DNA from: Ginglymostoma cirratum
Lineage: Eukaryota
DNA: 64,000 nt
Direction: 5' to 3'
Assembly: GCA_024137785.1 (NCBI GenBank)
Contig: JAHRHZ010000139.1
Coordinates: forward strand, 38,300,717 to 38,364,716
Positions 26,746-40,688 of the stretch are shown piece by piece. Both the position numbers and the translations under genes were made by a program. The notes beneath the pieces are model-generated. The model searched no databases. It was given only the letters and a program-made list of their open reading frames with translations, and had not been told where the DNA came from. The number at the start of each line of letters is the position of its first letter. The stretch's first letter is position 1.

Positions 26746-29700
26746 ATTTCACTTAAGTGCTTCACTCGTAGGTGCCTGATCTGTTATGTCAACAAACATT
26801 TCCATCCAATAAGTGGTGGAGATGTCTACCAAAATGCATATTTGATAGGCACCCTATTGCAACGGTTGTTTAGGAAATTAGTCATGCAGTACAAATCCTA
26901 TTGCAGTTTTATGTGAACAGGCACTCAACTAGCTAGCACTTTTTTTTTTGAAAACATCACACATGTTTTCTTAGGACAGTTCCTTGATAATTTGGCAGTC
27001 TCAATGTTTTATGCATCTTCTAAGCACAGCATGCCCTTTCAAAATCAGAAAGGGTTACCTTACCTCCTGCAAAAGGATAGGGGAGAAACATTAAAACATT
27101 GCTCCAGCCATCACCCCCTCACCCTCTCATCCTCTCGCACCTCTTTAACCCTCATGACTCCCTATGACACATTCGTGTGAAGCCAAGCATCCTAATACCC
27201 TCTGCCTATTCCCCATAAACCCTCTTGACAATTTAGTGCCAACTTTTACCCTTTCCCCTTTCGCCGACAGTGCCAATTCAGCAAGTATTCACAAGTACCC
27301 ATGTAGACAGCAAAAAGTATAATTCTATGGCTTAACGTTCTGTATTAGCATATACTACGCTAGGAAAAAAAATACACGTTCATAAAAACATGTTTTGACC
27401 GGTTGATACTTGTTAACAGAGTGACACTTCTTGATTGTTTTTGAAAGGTCCTGAGAGGTTGGACAGTTTCAAATGGGTTCAATGAACCTTTTGCTCGGTC
27501 TTCTCCACAGTTCATAGTTGCAAAGGACATCTGACCCCCACAAAGGATTCCTGACCCCACCCCCCAGACTATCTGATACCTGCCCTCTCCAACCCAAGGG
27601 ATCCTTGACTACTAGCTCCAAGCTGGCCCAGCACAATACCTACAGGGTGCCTCACCTCTTCAAAGAGAGACCCTCGCTATCCAGAAGAAATGTACTGAGA
27701 ACAACCCTAGCCTCATCTCCACACTAGGGACTTCAAGACCAATGAGTGGAGTGAAGGCAGCTGGCTCCGGGTATTATTTATGTATGATGTACGGCCCAGC
27801 CCCAATTTCTAGCCCCTGAAAATATCGAGCTGTTGGATTTGTGAGCTGAACTTCGGTTTGCAACAGTTTCTGGCATTCTGTGCTTCAGTGGAGATGCTGT
27901 CATACCAAAAATCGTTCCCATGGTCTATACAGCTTCAGTCAGATCCCATGACAAATCATCTATTGAGTTGATTATTTATTTAGTTTTCTTATTTACTTTA
28001 TTGATAGCTCCATCACGCGAGATGTACGATCATTACCACTGGCCAACTCTCCTCCCAGCTTACACTGTTGCATTGTTTTCAGGGCTGCTGACCCAACCAG
28101 GTCAAACACAGGCAACAGCATTCACCTCTTGGTGACATTTCTTCAATTGAGGGTCTCAGTCGTATCTTCCAGGTGGATCTTCATCCTACTTCATCCACAC
28201 CAAGTCTCTTGCTATTTTTGGAGGTGACCAAGGTCACTTGACTGCTGCCAGGCACTCTATCTTGACCAATTGTAGCTAGAGCCAACTGCTCTTGTTACTG
28301 TGGCAGGGTTTAATAGCTGACCTGACTATAGCTGTTGCAGCTTTATGCTTGTCAACCTGAATTTTACACTCATTCAATTTAATGTGCAGAAAGTCAAAAA
28401 AACCTAGAGCTGTTAAGTTCTGAATCCATTAACGCTCCTGGATTCCAATTTCCTTGTTAGCCATTTGTGTGAGGGGATTCCTTGTTTGTATTCACTTTAT
28501 GTACCATTAGCCCCCACCATTTGCAGACATTAACTGACGGCTGAGAAAAGATTATTGGCTGCTTCCTGATTAAAGCTGTATTTATGCCTAAGCGTTCCCC
28601 TCACTCGCTGCCACTAATTCCCCTACCCCAGCTCTCAACCAAACCATTTCATTTCATTCCATGTTTTCATCATCTATGAAGTTGATCACTTTGCATTGAA
28701 TTGAGTTCTATCCAATTGATATAAATTGGAAACCGAGTGAGGTATTCAAGTACTGTTTGTCTGATATTCCACTTAGTACTTCATACACATGTATTACCCT
28801 GATAGCATTTAGAGTGCTTAAATTCCTAAAGTAATTGTTTTTCTCATAAAAATTGGCTTTTATCTCTGACAACATTTTACTGCCTAATTATTTTCATGTT
28901 TATGTCTAGTCTACTCTTTCTGTCCTACCCATGTTATCCTTGCTCATGACTTCAGCTTTGCATTTCAATTTTCAATGTAACAGTAAACTCCACCATTACC
29001 AGAACAGGTTTGCTCCCTCACACAGTGGACCCTCTGAGGGCTGTCACAAATAAGCTGTCTGCTATTGACCTGACCTTTCTAATAGTTGGTATGGATGGCA
29101 GGCCAGATGACTGAGAGTGTCGTCTCACTGCTTTTGAACAGTAATTAGCACTGCAGACTGTAAAGAACAATGATGCTTACCTTCCAGAATAGAGCTTTCC
29201 AATTATAGTGAACCCAGTAGGAGTTAATGATGAGAGACCATCAGTTTAAATTTGCCACTATGAGAGCAAGGAGAAATTTATTTTCAGAGTTGTTAGAGCA
29301 AGCCATGCAGAGATTAGTTAATATGGACTTTTAGAAGCAGATGATTTAGACGTGAAACTGAAGAAGAGTGGAATTCATTATGTATTGCATTAACAAAGAG
29401 CCAGTACAAGGACAACTTGGGCTCAATGGACTCCTCCAGTGCTCAACCTTGATAATTCTATGGAGATTTCTATACTGTAGTGTCTCCTTGAATTGATTTA
29501 CTGAACTCACAGTTTTACCATTTTACAGTAATGAAGCTATAATTGACATTAATCTCTGTTAGATGCCAAACCACATGAACAATTTGAGTTAATGAAGAAA
29601 TCTGAGAAACAGAAACATATTGGATCCAGTCAAATACACCTACAATCATGCTGCCATTTGATAATCTCAAAAATGATTGCAAATTATGCAAAAAAGAATC

Positions 29701-30559
29701 TGGCATCTCAGATTATTTCAGTGACTGACTTTGACTTTAAAATTATATGGAGTTTCTTCTTCCTGTTGTGGTCAGTGGGATCACAAAAGGATTAAATCAC
29801 ACAAATCTGTTGACAATTGTTTTTCACATGATTCATAAGATGTAGGAATAAGGCCAGCGTTCATTGCCTGTCCCTAACTGTACTTGAAGGTAAAGATGCA
29901 CAACTTTGTTCAATACAATGGAAGAGGGTTTGCAGGCCATTCCAGAGGAAAGTGTAGAGTCAATAACATCTGGGTCTGGAGTTGCACATCGGCCCGACCT
30001 GGGTAAGAATGCTAAATACAATACCCTAAAGGATATTAAAGAACCTAATGGGCCTTCAAGGCAATCACCTTGACTGAGACATTACTGATCTTAACATTGT
30101 AGGTCAGACCTTATTTAAAAAACTGAAATCAAATTCTTTAGCTGCTTTGGTGAGATTTAAATCTTTCCCGGATTATTAATCCATGTCTCTGGTAATATAA
30201 CTACACTGCTATTCTACCCCTGCAAGAATATTTTTATTTGAAATTATTTACGTTAAATTCAGAAGAAGGTGCTTTGCAAATATATGGATTGTTTTGAAGT
30301 AACTTGAAGGTTTGATGGATCTTTGCACATGGAGTGAGAGTAGTTAAATTGTATCAAGTCTACGTTCTGTGTGGAAGTTTTCATAATACACTGTTTGAAA
30401 TAATGATATGAAAGGTTGTCAACTGTTCTTGTTTGAGTTTTGATAATATTTAGCATTTACATTTGAGATTGAAAGGTGTATCACTAAACTGCAGGCGTCT
30501 AGTATTCTGAATATTTTAGTGAGATGATAAGCTCATGGTAAACTCTCTTTGTTTTCTAG

Positions 30560-30876
30560 AGCGCCAACTCTGTATAACGATGGCTGGCTCGAGCACCCTG
30601 CCATCCAATGTGACTGGCATCAGCAAGGAACTGGCAGACCTTCGACACCTAATTCAATTCCCTGAAGAGATTGCCAGTATTCTGACCGAGCAAGAGCAGG
30701 AACTCTATCGTAAGGTCTTACCACTTGACTACCTCTGCTTCCTGACCAGGGATTTAGCGAATCCAAGTTGTTCCAATAGGTCATCACCACTCAAGACCTC
30801 CACATCAGCACCCACTTTCAGCGACGCGAATGGGGAACACAATGCAATTGAAGATCTTGTGTCAAGATTCAATGAG
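30560..30876 (+). CDS. PLCE1: PLCE1 internal coding exon (start of CDC25/RasGEF region)
   Basis: Acceptor ctctttgttttctag|AG, donor GAG|gtaagc; 317 nt, phase 1 to 0. Translation [65 protein letters not shown]...[13 protein letters not shown] matches my recollection of vertebrate PLCE1 (GISKEL..L..LIQFPEE.ASIL...[10 protein letters not shown]). Confidence 0.95.
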
Positions 30877-31267
30877 GTAAGCTGATGCTTCGCTTCTACC
30901 TCAACATAGATACAATTTTATTTCACTGGCTGAAGCTGGTGGCTTTTTAAATTCATTTGTGTGATGTGGGCATCACTGGCTGGCCAGCATTTATTTCCCA
31001 TCCCTAGTTGCTCTTAAGAAGGTGGTGGTGAGCTGCCATCTTGAACTGCTGCAGTCCACATGCTATACAGGAGAACTTGCAGGTGGCGGTGTTCCTGTGA
31101 ATCTGCTGAACTTGTCCTTCTAGACAATGCAGGTAATGAGTTTGGAAGGTGCAGTCTAAGGATCTTTGGTGAAAGATTTGATTAAACTTGACTTGCTGCT
31201 GTTGAAAGTTTGAGCAGTTGAAGTCACAAACCTGATCCCATTCTACCTCCATTTTCACGAGTGTGTT

Positions 31268-31608
31268 CATAGAGTCATAGAATGGAATTCGTACAGTGTG
31301 GAAGCAGGCCATTCAGTCCATCGAGTCCACATCACCCCTCTGAAAAGCATCCCACTCAGACCCACCCCCTGTATTTCCCATGGCTAATCCACCTAGCCTG
31401 CATGTCCCCAGAAACTCCGGACAGTTTAGCATGGCCATTCCATCTAACCTGCACTTTGTGGGAAGAAACCAGAGCACCTGGCAGAAACCAATGCAGACAT
31501 GGAGAGAATGTGCAAACTGCACACAGCAGTCACCGAAAACTGGAATGCAGCCTGTGTCCCTGGCACTGTGAGGCAGCAGTGCTAAACACTGAGCCACCAT
31601 ATCACCCT
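31268..31608 (-). mobile_element. HE1-like V-SINE
   Basis: Minus strand ggtggctcagtg.ttagcactgctgcctcacagtgccaggga...tgtgtgcagtttgcacattctc...gggtttc; CR1-like tail. Confidence 0.85.
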
Positions 31609-32920
31609 GTGTTGGAGCTTACATTGACACTGGTAAATAGGATTTGTACTGTCCCCACAGCAAAACAATGGTAATTAAGGTTTAAGGAAATAAATCTTGG
31701 CATATTTTATGGTAATTATTTTCTCTCAAAAGCATTTAAAAATGAGGAACTAAAGAAATTAACATTGTTCGCATATTTCAAACATATGCAAACTATAAAC
31801 CCTAGACGTATAAGGATGGCTGGGAGTTATCAGTTATTTCAATGATTTGTTTGGAAATTCTCTCAGCCTTTCACCTAATCATTTCAACAGTCCCCTCAAT
31901 AGTTACCAACTGCCATACCTCTTCAAAGTGGCTGTCATGTGCAGGCATCATATGGTCTTTGGCCATAAAGAGGAGGCTGACCTCATTCTCTGTAAAATCT
32001 GCAGATGTGGGCTATCAGAGAGTTACTGACCAGCAAAAAGTACCAGCACAGGTTTAAAAACGTTTCAGGGTGTTAAATTGGCCTTTATTGGAAAAGAACA
32101 ATGTGTAAAATGTGCTTGCGATTTGCTATTGTGCATTTTGCACAACTCCTGAGGACTTGTGTCTTTTCATTGTACTCATGTTACTGCATTTGGTTCCTGA
32201 TGATGTCTGTTGGAAATGATGTGCCCCAAGGATTGAGAGAATGGCATGATAATACTGTTTTATTGAGGTATGCATTGGCATCTTCCAACTGTACTCTGCT
32301 GTGTGAAACACTATGTACTTTCATACTTCATTTACTGCTTTCGTCAGTCAACAGTGCTGAATAATATATGTCCACAACTCCGATTACAATTGCTTTCCAA
32401 CTGAGGTCTCAAAATAAAAGTAGGTAACAATTTATTTTTATAAGCAAATAGAATGGAGGGCGAAGAATATAAAAAGATGGTTTAATTTGAAGAAAGACAT
32501 TAAAAAAAAAGTAATGGGAAAGTCCAGGCAAAGAAAAGGTGCTCTGATTGTTTCAATTTTTCTTTTAATTTTCCTAAAGTTTTCCTTGATAATGCCATTT
32601 ATTTTTCCGGTTGTGTGTGGCTGTTATTTCTGCACTTTGGGTTCATGGCATTTTTTAAAAAATATATTTTAGCTATATTCGTTTCTAGAATTGGGTATCA
32701 AAAAAACTCTTCCTTAGTGCTGCCTTTTTTCCTGCACTCAGTCACTGATGTTTTAGGGCACTAACTGATAGGGAAGTCTAAGGTACAACTTGTCCATTGA
32801 CAGTCATAATATTGGCCATGTGGCTTGCTTTAATATCTCATGAAAGTACCGCTAGTGATTGAGCTCTTGTCAATATTTTGTGTTTAATTGGAGGTGTTGG
32901 GGTTGAAATAACAACAGAAA

Positions 32921-33710
32921 ATAGACAATAGACAATAGGTGCAGGAGTAGGCCATTCGGCCCTTCGAGCGAGCACCACCATTCATTATGATCGTGGCTGA
33001 TCATCCACAATCAGTATCCTGTTCCTGCCTTATCCCCATAACCCTTGATTCCATTATCTATAAGAGGTCTATCCATCTCTTTCTTGAAAGTATCCAGAGA
33101 CTTGGCCTCCACTGCCTTCTGGGGCAGAGCATTCCATATATCCACCACTCTCTGGGTGAAGAAGTTTTTCCTCAACTCTGTTCTAAATGGCCTACCCGTT
33201 ATTTTTAAACTGTGTCCTCTGGTTCTGGACTCACCCATCAGCGGAAACATGCTCCCTGCCTCCAGAATGTCCAATCCCTTAATAATCTTATACGTCTCAA
33301 TCAGATCCCCCCTCATCCTTCTAAACTCAAGTGTATACAAGCCCAGTCGCTCCAACCTTTCAACATATGACAGTCCCGCCATTCTAGGAATTAACTTCGT
33401 GAACCTACGCTGCACTCCCTCAAAAGCAAGAATGTCCTTCCTCAAATTTGGAGACCAAAACTGCACACAATACTCCAGGTGCGGTCTCACCAGGGCCCTG
33501 TACAGCTGCAGAAGGACCTCTTTGCTCCTATACTCAATTCCCCTCGTTATGAAGGCCAGCATGCCATTAGCTTTCTTCACTGCCTGTTGTACCTGCATGC
33601 TTGCTTTCATAGACTGATGTACAAGAACACCTAGATCTCGTTGTACTTCCCCTTTACCTAACTTGACTCCATTTAGATAGTAATCTGCCTTCCTGTTCTT
33701 GCCACCAAAG
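32921..33710 (-). mobile_element. Young 5'-truncated CR1 LINE with open ORF2 C-terminus
   Basis: ORF 33011..33721: RDLGVLVHQS...LYRALVRPHLEYCVQFWSP...GDLIETYKII...FFTQRVVDIWNALP; tail (aatagac)n. Confidence 0.95.
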
Positions 33711-36169
33711 GGACTTCTCACAAGGGAACTGGTAAATATACTGCTTTTGGTTTACTACACTGTGCAATGTCAAATATGTTTCTAATTACTAGTAATGATG
33801 TTCCATAGTTGTTGCAAGGAAAATGGAGTATTTTCTCCTGGAACTTTGTTTTGTCCTGTACCATAATAGTAACAATTGTGCTCATGTTTGGTTTTGTTTA
33901 GGATCCATAGCACAATTTTAGCATTTGGAAAATGTTAACAATGAGAAATTACATATTTTTGAGTCAAAATGCATTTATATTTCTTTTGGTTTTATTTGAA
34001 ATAGTGAGGTATGTATAAGTGGCTGACAATATCCTGAGGAACTGATATGGATGGGTCACATCATTTGTTTTAAGTTATGGTGAAACCTCAGAAAAACCCT
34101 TTGCCTCCGATTAGTTTTGTATGTTTTGCAATATCGTTGCTATGACAGCAAAAGATGAATATTACCAGAGTAAAAAGCTACTCAAATGTCAGGCATAGCT
34201 TTATTGCTGTAACATGACACCTAAACACAATTTTATGAATACTTCCATGTCAAATTCTGCTTCAACTTTTATATTCTCTCCTAACTCTGTCAGTGTTAGT
34301 TTTATTTTTACCACTTTGAATTATTAGTATACACCATTCCTTCTGTACTCCTTGTAATAAAAACTGAAGCCCTGATTTTAACTTAAGTCTGCTCTCCTGC
34401 CAGGAATGGATGAGAGTGAGTTCTGGTCTGATGCCTGTTTGAGACTTCGTCGAAAATTCTCTTTATCGAACACAGCAACGTGGAAAATTGGATGGTGTGT
34501 GAAAGGGACCTGTGACCTGGACCTGTTATTCTTTGTTTTCATCCAGCACCATCATTCTGGGAGGTGGTAGAACTATATTTTTATAAGTCAAGCATTTTTT
34601 TTTATTGGTTGAAGTCCAGCCTAAATGTAGGACTGTGATCAGGTCATTCTTTAATGCCCGTAACTTAATGTACAAGAATGTTTGGCCCTTTGACAAAGTT
34701 TGAAAAGTAAAATCCTCTGTTCTTCTGGAAGAATTAAAATTTCCTGTTATGTGACATTAGGTCACTCTTGTTATAAACCCTGAATGACCGCACTCAGTTG
34801 GGGGTCACTGTGACCCAAACTCTGTGATTTCATCAGTAAGTAATGTCCAAAAATAATTAAGGTTAATTTATCTGAATGGCAGGACTAGTCACATTGTCAT
34901 GTGCCCAGGGTTTCTTCTACTCTTCTAAGTTTTGTAAGATTTAACCTTTCTTACGGAGTGACAAAATTGGAAATACATATTGATATGAGGTCATGATTGT
35001 ATAGGCAGATTTACCCCAACTTCTCGCTACCTCAGGGGTCAATGCAAGGTGACTGTACCATAAACTCTTTGCCCAGGCTCCCCACGCTGTCACCATTGCA
35101 AAGGCACCATAGTTTGATCACACCTGTCTCCCCTATCTCCAACCCCTACCCGTCAACTAGTAAATAAAGTCAGTCTTTAATAGCTATCCTTTTTAATAGA
35201 TATCCTGAATTTGATTACATCATATGGGCAGTTTAAAACTCAAAATACAACACAATGTTCACCTCTATCGTTCTCCCGTTGTTAAAATGGAGTCAAAACC
35301 CTTTAAGTAAACAAAGTTTACCGTCACCCCCAAGAAGCTGTCAAAGGGTACTTTCTGTTCCCTGAAGAAGTGCACAGTTAACATCTGTTTAGTCTCCACT
35401 GTTATCCTGGATAATTACAGGTTGGAAGTAAATGTATATACTCTACTCTCTGCATACCAGCTTTTCTTCATGGCCGGTTTTCAGGTCTTGTCAGCTTTTT
35501 ATAAATCTCAACCATTAAATAGCACTCAAGGGGAGAGGTGGAACAGGTTGACTGACTCTCTCAGGGTTGAGCAGAGCTTTTTCAGTCAAGGCACTGTTCT
35601 GACTCTCCAAACCAAACTCCTGCTGAGCTGAATGCAAGACTCCTTTCATATGAACAAATTGCAAGTGGGCAGAAATGTGTCTGAAGCTGCATGTGACATC
35701 TTTAATGCCTCAATTTCACTGCAAAATCAGGCAGAAAAGGTTTCTAACGTTGGCTTCAGACCTGTCACGGCAATGTAGTTTTGCTGATGTTAAGATTGAA
35801 CCTAGGTTAAGGTCCCCAATAGGGATCACGTTGGCTGCAGTTAACACGTCATTGGCTTACATGCTGCCTCGTATGGAAGGGAGGTGCATAGAAAGAGGGC
35901 CCCAGCCTGGACCAATTCAGGTAACCCTCAAGCATCAGCTGGGGCTTTGGTCATCTGTAGCTGAAGGTTTTCAGATGATGTCTTGCTGTAGGGGAGGCTG
36001 GGGTATCGAGTCAGAGGAGATAGTAATGTGGCTGACCACAGAAGAAAATTTTTTTATAAAAACCCTCCCGTTCAGGTCCGAATTAAAACATTGGTTGGAG
36101 CCTGATGATGTATTAGTTTCTAATTTGAACATTGTAAGGAAAGGCCCCACTGCCTTCACATAGTTAGTT

Positions 36170-36421
36170 GCCTTCAGCTGTCTGCTCTGAAGAGGAGGAG
36201 ACATTAGGAAGCGTTTCTGCATACACAGGATGGTCGAGCAGTGGATGCAGGAACTGTTGTTAATGTTAAATCTAAGATAGATAAACATTTGTTAAGCAAA
36301 GAAATTAAGGGATGTGAGCAATGGGAGGTATATGGAGTGAGGCCACAGATAAGCCATGATCTGATTAAATGGTGGTATAGGCTTGAGGGGTTGACTGGCC
36401 TATCCCGATTTGTATGTTCCT
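36170..36421 (+). mobile_element. CR1 LINE 3' fragment
   Basis: CR1 3' UTR agccatgatct.attaaatggtgg...ggcttgagggg.tga.tggccta. Confidence 0.7.
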
Positions 36422-38599
36422 AAGGATGGATTCTGACAGGAAATTGACAGCCCCCTAACTGATTTCAACTGGCACTCGCTCTGTTTTAGCTCCAGCTCCC
36501 CACCTCCCATTTCTCTTTGCGTACTTTTTAATATTTCCACGCACTGTTGTAATTGCGTTTCAGAAATGATGTCTCCAAAATTAATGATGACGGGTGCAGG
36601 TCTGTGGGGTAGGAAGGCCTGGAAATAGCGGGAATATAGAGGTCCTGTCAATTAACTTTAACAACAGGATCACTATCACTTTATTGACTTGGCAGCTGGT
36701 GATGGTGATGGTGATGTTTTCCAACAGCCAAGTTGGAAAGCCAGCAGTAGATACTGCAGCTGGGCTCCCTCGTGAATAGTCACCCATGAGCAATCAAGAT
36801 AGATTGTGGATTTGTGGGTCTTAGACTGGCAGTTGATCTGGTCTTGGGGGATGGAGTCTGGGATTGGTCACACAGCAGAAGAGTGTAGTGTTGGAGAGTA
36901 GCTGTGATGGTCTGGCAATCCAGCGGAAGGAGGGATTTGAAGAGATCACAAGGAATAAAAGGGAGTGTTCAGAGTGGAAATTAGGAAGGGAAGGAGACCA
37001 GGAATTATTGTTGATAGGGGCATCAGGTAGGCAAGCAAGAGGGTCAGGGTGCGTGTCAGATTTTCATCCACGGTTTGGAAGTAACAGGGTTGTCAGCTGA
37101 TTATGACAGAAAATCGGCCCACAAGCAGTGCCAGAAAGAGAAGCCTCTCTGCTTGATTGAGACATGCCCAGTCCCATTTTGCTGCTGGTTTTCCCGAGCC
37201 CAGTGAACTGCGGTGGCTTGATTTGCGTATCGTAATAAGCTACCGTACGCCTCAGCAGTGGAAATGCCAGACAAGCCACTGCAATAAAAAATGACGGCAA
37301 GCATGTTACGTGACAGGGTGAGGATGGGGCTGCATCACTTCTCTTTCTCAGCTCCCCTTCAGTTTGTAAACCACAAAGACCTAGATTAATGGTGCAACTA
37401 CACAATGGTGATTAGCAGTGTTTTGTAAATGTTTTGAGATATTTAACTGTTTTATCAAGGGGAAGTTTCGATCAGTTTTCAGATTAGTGTGAAAACTGAA
37501 GCAGAGATTCTAATGTTGTTTGTCTCTTCCTAATCCAGGGCAGGCTGTGCACCTCTTAGGATCACTATTTAGTAATATTATTTGATCGATTATAACCTGC
37601 CCCCGACTACTCTCACATTCTTGTTAGAAATCCCATTAAAACATGATATACTGTTCACTCAGGTGTGCTCCTTAGGCAGCCTCTCACTAACGGTGACTTG
37701 TTTCCACTCCTCTGGTTGGATGAGTTGATTCTGAGGTGGTTGATAAGTCCCATGTGTTATCTGTAGACTCCGCCACGTGCAGATTGGGTTGTGCTCAGAA
37801 GGTGGGATGGAGGAGGTCAGGTCGCTTGTCGGTCCAGTCTCTCAACTGATCAGTTATTGTCATTTGCTTTGAAGCCTATTCCATGTTTGCGACAACATGA
37901 CACAAATTCACCTCTTTCGTTTGAACCTATGACTGATATCAAAACACAATTCTTTTCTTGAAGAGTCAAAGATGTGGGATGGATATCGAACAGATTAATG
38001 GAGACAAGATGTAATCTAAGAAGCAGTTAGGTGTTAAAGTTTTTCTAAATGAATGAATTAAATTGGGATGAATGATCCTTCTTGTATTGTGAATTAAGAG
38101 CACCAATTTCTGTTCTAAGTCTTACAAAATAAAAGTCCTGAGTAGATGTAGATGCACTGCAATACCAGTTTAATTATTGGCACAAGGTTATAGGATGTTT
38201 CATTCCAGCACAGCTGGCTACAATTCAACGGATCCTTTGATGGTTTGTATACTACATCGTCTTTGTAGAAGTGCAACAGAACAAAAGAGATATCAAAGGA
38301 TTCTGAGAAGTCCCACAGCTATCATATTTTGTGTAGCATTGTCTGTATCTGTCTGGAATATACATTCACAGGGTTCTGTACATTACATTTGTTTAACTTG
38401 TGTGCAACAGCAACACATTTGACCTCAAAGTGCCACTGATTGAATTGATGTCCATGTTTAGTGAACTGTATTCATAGATGCTGCATTGTTTCTTAGCTTC
38501 AGCCTCTGTGGCTGAGGTACTATCTACTGCTTGTAGCCTTTAATGCAAATTTCAATAACTGCTTCCTAGAAACCATAAAAGTGTAGAAAAACTAGATAA

Positions 38600-39630
38600 T
38601 AGAACAAAGTTAAAGGCTTTATATCTTAAAGTACAAAGCTTTCAGAATTAGGTAGACGAACTGATTGCATAAATCAAGGTCTCAGGACTTTAAACAAACT
38701 AAAGTGGGGGAAGACTGAGGAGAAGTTATTAAAGTTCCCAGAACAAGTAACAGGACAGACAGTACAGAAAGGGTCAGGACACTAACTTCACTAACAGCAG
38801 ATAAAGAGGACAAATATGAGAAGTGGGGAGCAGTCAATACAGGACTGAGGGTGCTGTACTTAAATGTGCGCAGTATATGGGACAAGGTCAATGAGCTTGT
38901 AGCGCAGATTGAAATTGGCGGATACGATGTTGTGGGTATCGCAGAAAAGTTGCTGCAAGGGATCAAGGCTGGGAACGAAATATCCAAATGTACACATCGT
39001 ATGGAAAGGACAGGTAGATGAGCAGCAGAGGTGGGGTTGCCTTGTTAATAAGAGATGAAATTAAACCGATAGCAAGAAGTAATATACAGTTGGAAAGCAT
39101 AGTATCTGTGTGGTTAGAGGTGAGGAACTGCAAAGGATAAGAGACCCTGATGGGAGTTGTGTACAGGCTTCCTAACAGTAGTCAGGATGTGGGGCAGAAA
39201 ATAAACCAGGATTCAGAAAAGGCATGTAAGAAAAGCACGATTGTGATAATCATCAGGTACTTCAATATGCAGGTGGACCAGCAAAATCAGGTTGGGTAAT
39301 GGATCCCACGAAAAGAATTTGTAAAATGTCCACGAGATGGGTTTTTTTTTGTTTTGGAGCAGCCTATGGCACAGCTCGGTAGGGAACAGGCAGGTGTTCT
39401 GAATTTGGTAAATCTGTAATGTTGAAAGAGGATCTCATTGAAACTTAGGAATCCTGAGAGGCCTGGATAGCGTGGACGTGGAGAAGATGTTTCCACTCGT
39501 AGGACAGACCAGGAGCCCCGGGGCACGGCTTCAGTGAGGGGTTGGTTCTTTCAAAACTGAGATGAAGAGGAATTTCTTCAGCCAGAAGGTGGTGCCTCTG
39601 TGGGACACTCTGCCATTGAAGACTGTGACA
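38600..39630 (+). mobile_element. CR1 LINE remnant: APE endonuclease region joined to a 3' fragment
   Basis: VLYLNVRSIWDKVNELVAQIEIGGYDVVGIAE at about 38850 is the ORF2 N-terminus; from about 39428 the sequence jumps to DLIET...LDSVDVEKMFPLVG of the C-terminus. Confidence 0.85.
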
Positions 39631-39895
39631 GTGTGATGGTGGGGGGAGTGACGATAGGGGGTGGGGGGGTTGTTGTTGGGGTGTGAGTGGGAAGAGTTGT
39701 TGTGATGGTACGGGGTGGGGGAGGTGCAGATGTTGGGGTGGGGGGGGCGGCAGTGATGGTGGGGGCTGGGATTGTGGGGGGTAGTGTGTGGGTAGTTGTG
39801 ACAGCAGAGGGGTTGGGGAAGGTGGTGCGATGTGATATTGGGCAGTGGGAGTTGTGATAGTGGGCGTGTAGGGGTTATGGTAGGCGTGGGGGAAA
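39630..39895 (+). repeat. G/T-rich low-complexity tract
   Basis: Repeated gtgatggtgggg-like units and many G runs. Confidence 0.85.
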
Positions 39896-40555
39896 TACTG
39901 CTCATGCTCTTCGAGTCCTTGGTCCTCTTTAGACATTGCCTCTCCGCTCGAGGGAATACGTTGTTGCTTCTGATTTCCTCAGCCAATTTCTTCCATGGTC
40001 GGAAAGGCTGTCCTAGATTTTAGATATTTTAAGAGCTCTGCTTGCTGTAACCTCTCCAATCTCATATCCAGACTTCGGAGTAAGAGTGGGAGACCAGACA
40101 GCAAACTCCCCAGATCTTCTCTCCATTCCCGTGGCTTTGAAAGTGCTGGCGAGATGCTGTATTCAAAAGGTCCCTCCAGTCAGAAATGCGTTCTCCACCA
40201 TAATGGATGCATTGTCCCAACTACCCAGCCTGATTTGGTTAGTGAGCTTGGAGGTAAGGGGGATATTCGCTTTGCCCTGCGAAAGATTAAAGGCCCAGTG
40301 CACAAATCAGAGTCAGGTTTCCGACTGGATAACAACTCTCTCATTCCTACAGGATTAATGGGAGAAGATTCCATCCAAAGTGATATACCGTTTGAAAGTG
40401 GGCACGAGCTCCAGTCATAGGCTATATTATAACAGGCTATAATTTCCATCAATGAAGAAATGCATGAGTCATTCGTTTGTAATCTCAGTTCATTAACGCT
40501 TCTCACACATTCAATTGCAAATAACATCTGTTGAGCCCAAGTAGAAATAATCTTA

Positions 40556-40688
40556 GTGTTCTGGGGGAGAGCCACTCGGCCCAAAACGTTAACTCTGATT
40601 TCTCTCCACAGCTGCTGCCAGACCTGCTGAGCTTTTCCAGCAATTTATGTTTTTGTTTTTGATTTCCAGCATCCACAGTTCTTTCGGA
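40556..40688 (+). mobile_element. Penelope-like terminal fragment with decayed hammerhead
   Basis: gttctgggggagagccactcggcccaaaacgttaactctg...gctgctgccagacctgctgagcttttccagcaa matches 44231-44360. Confidence 0.8.

Noticed and set aside
33045-33617. 190-aa plus-strand ORF
   Set aside because: Antisense frame of the CR1 ORF2 fragment.
39445-39986. Pro/His-rich minus-strand ORFs of 151-163 aa
   Set aside because: Products of the G/T-rich low-complexity tract.
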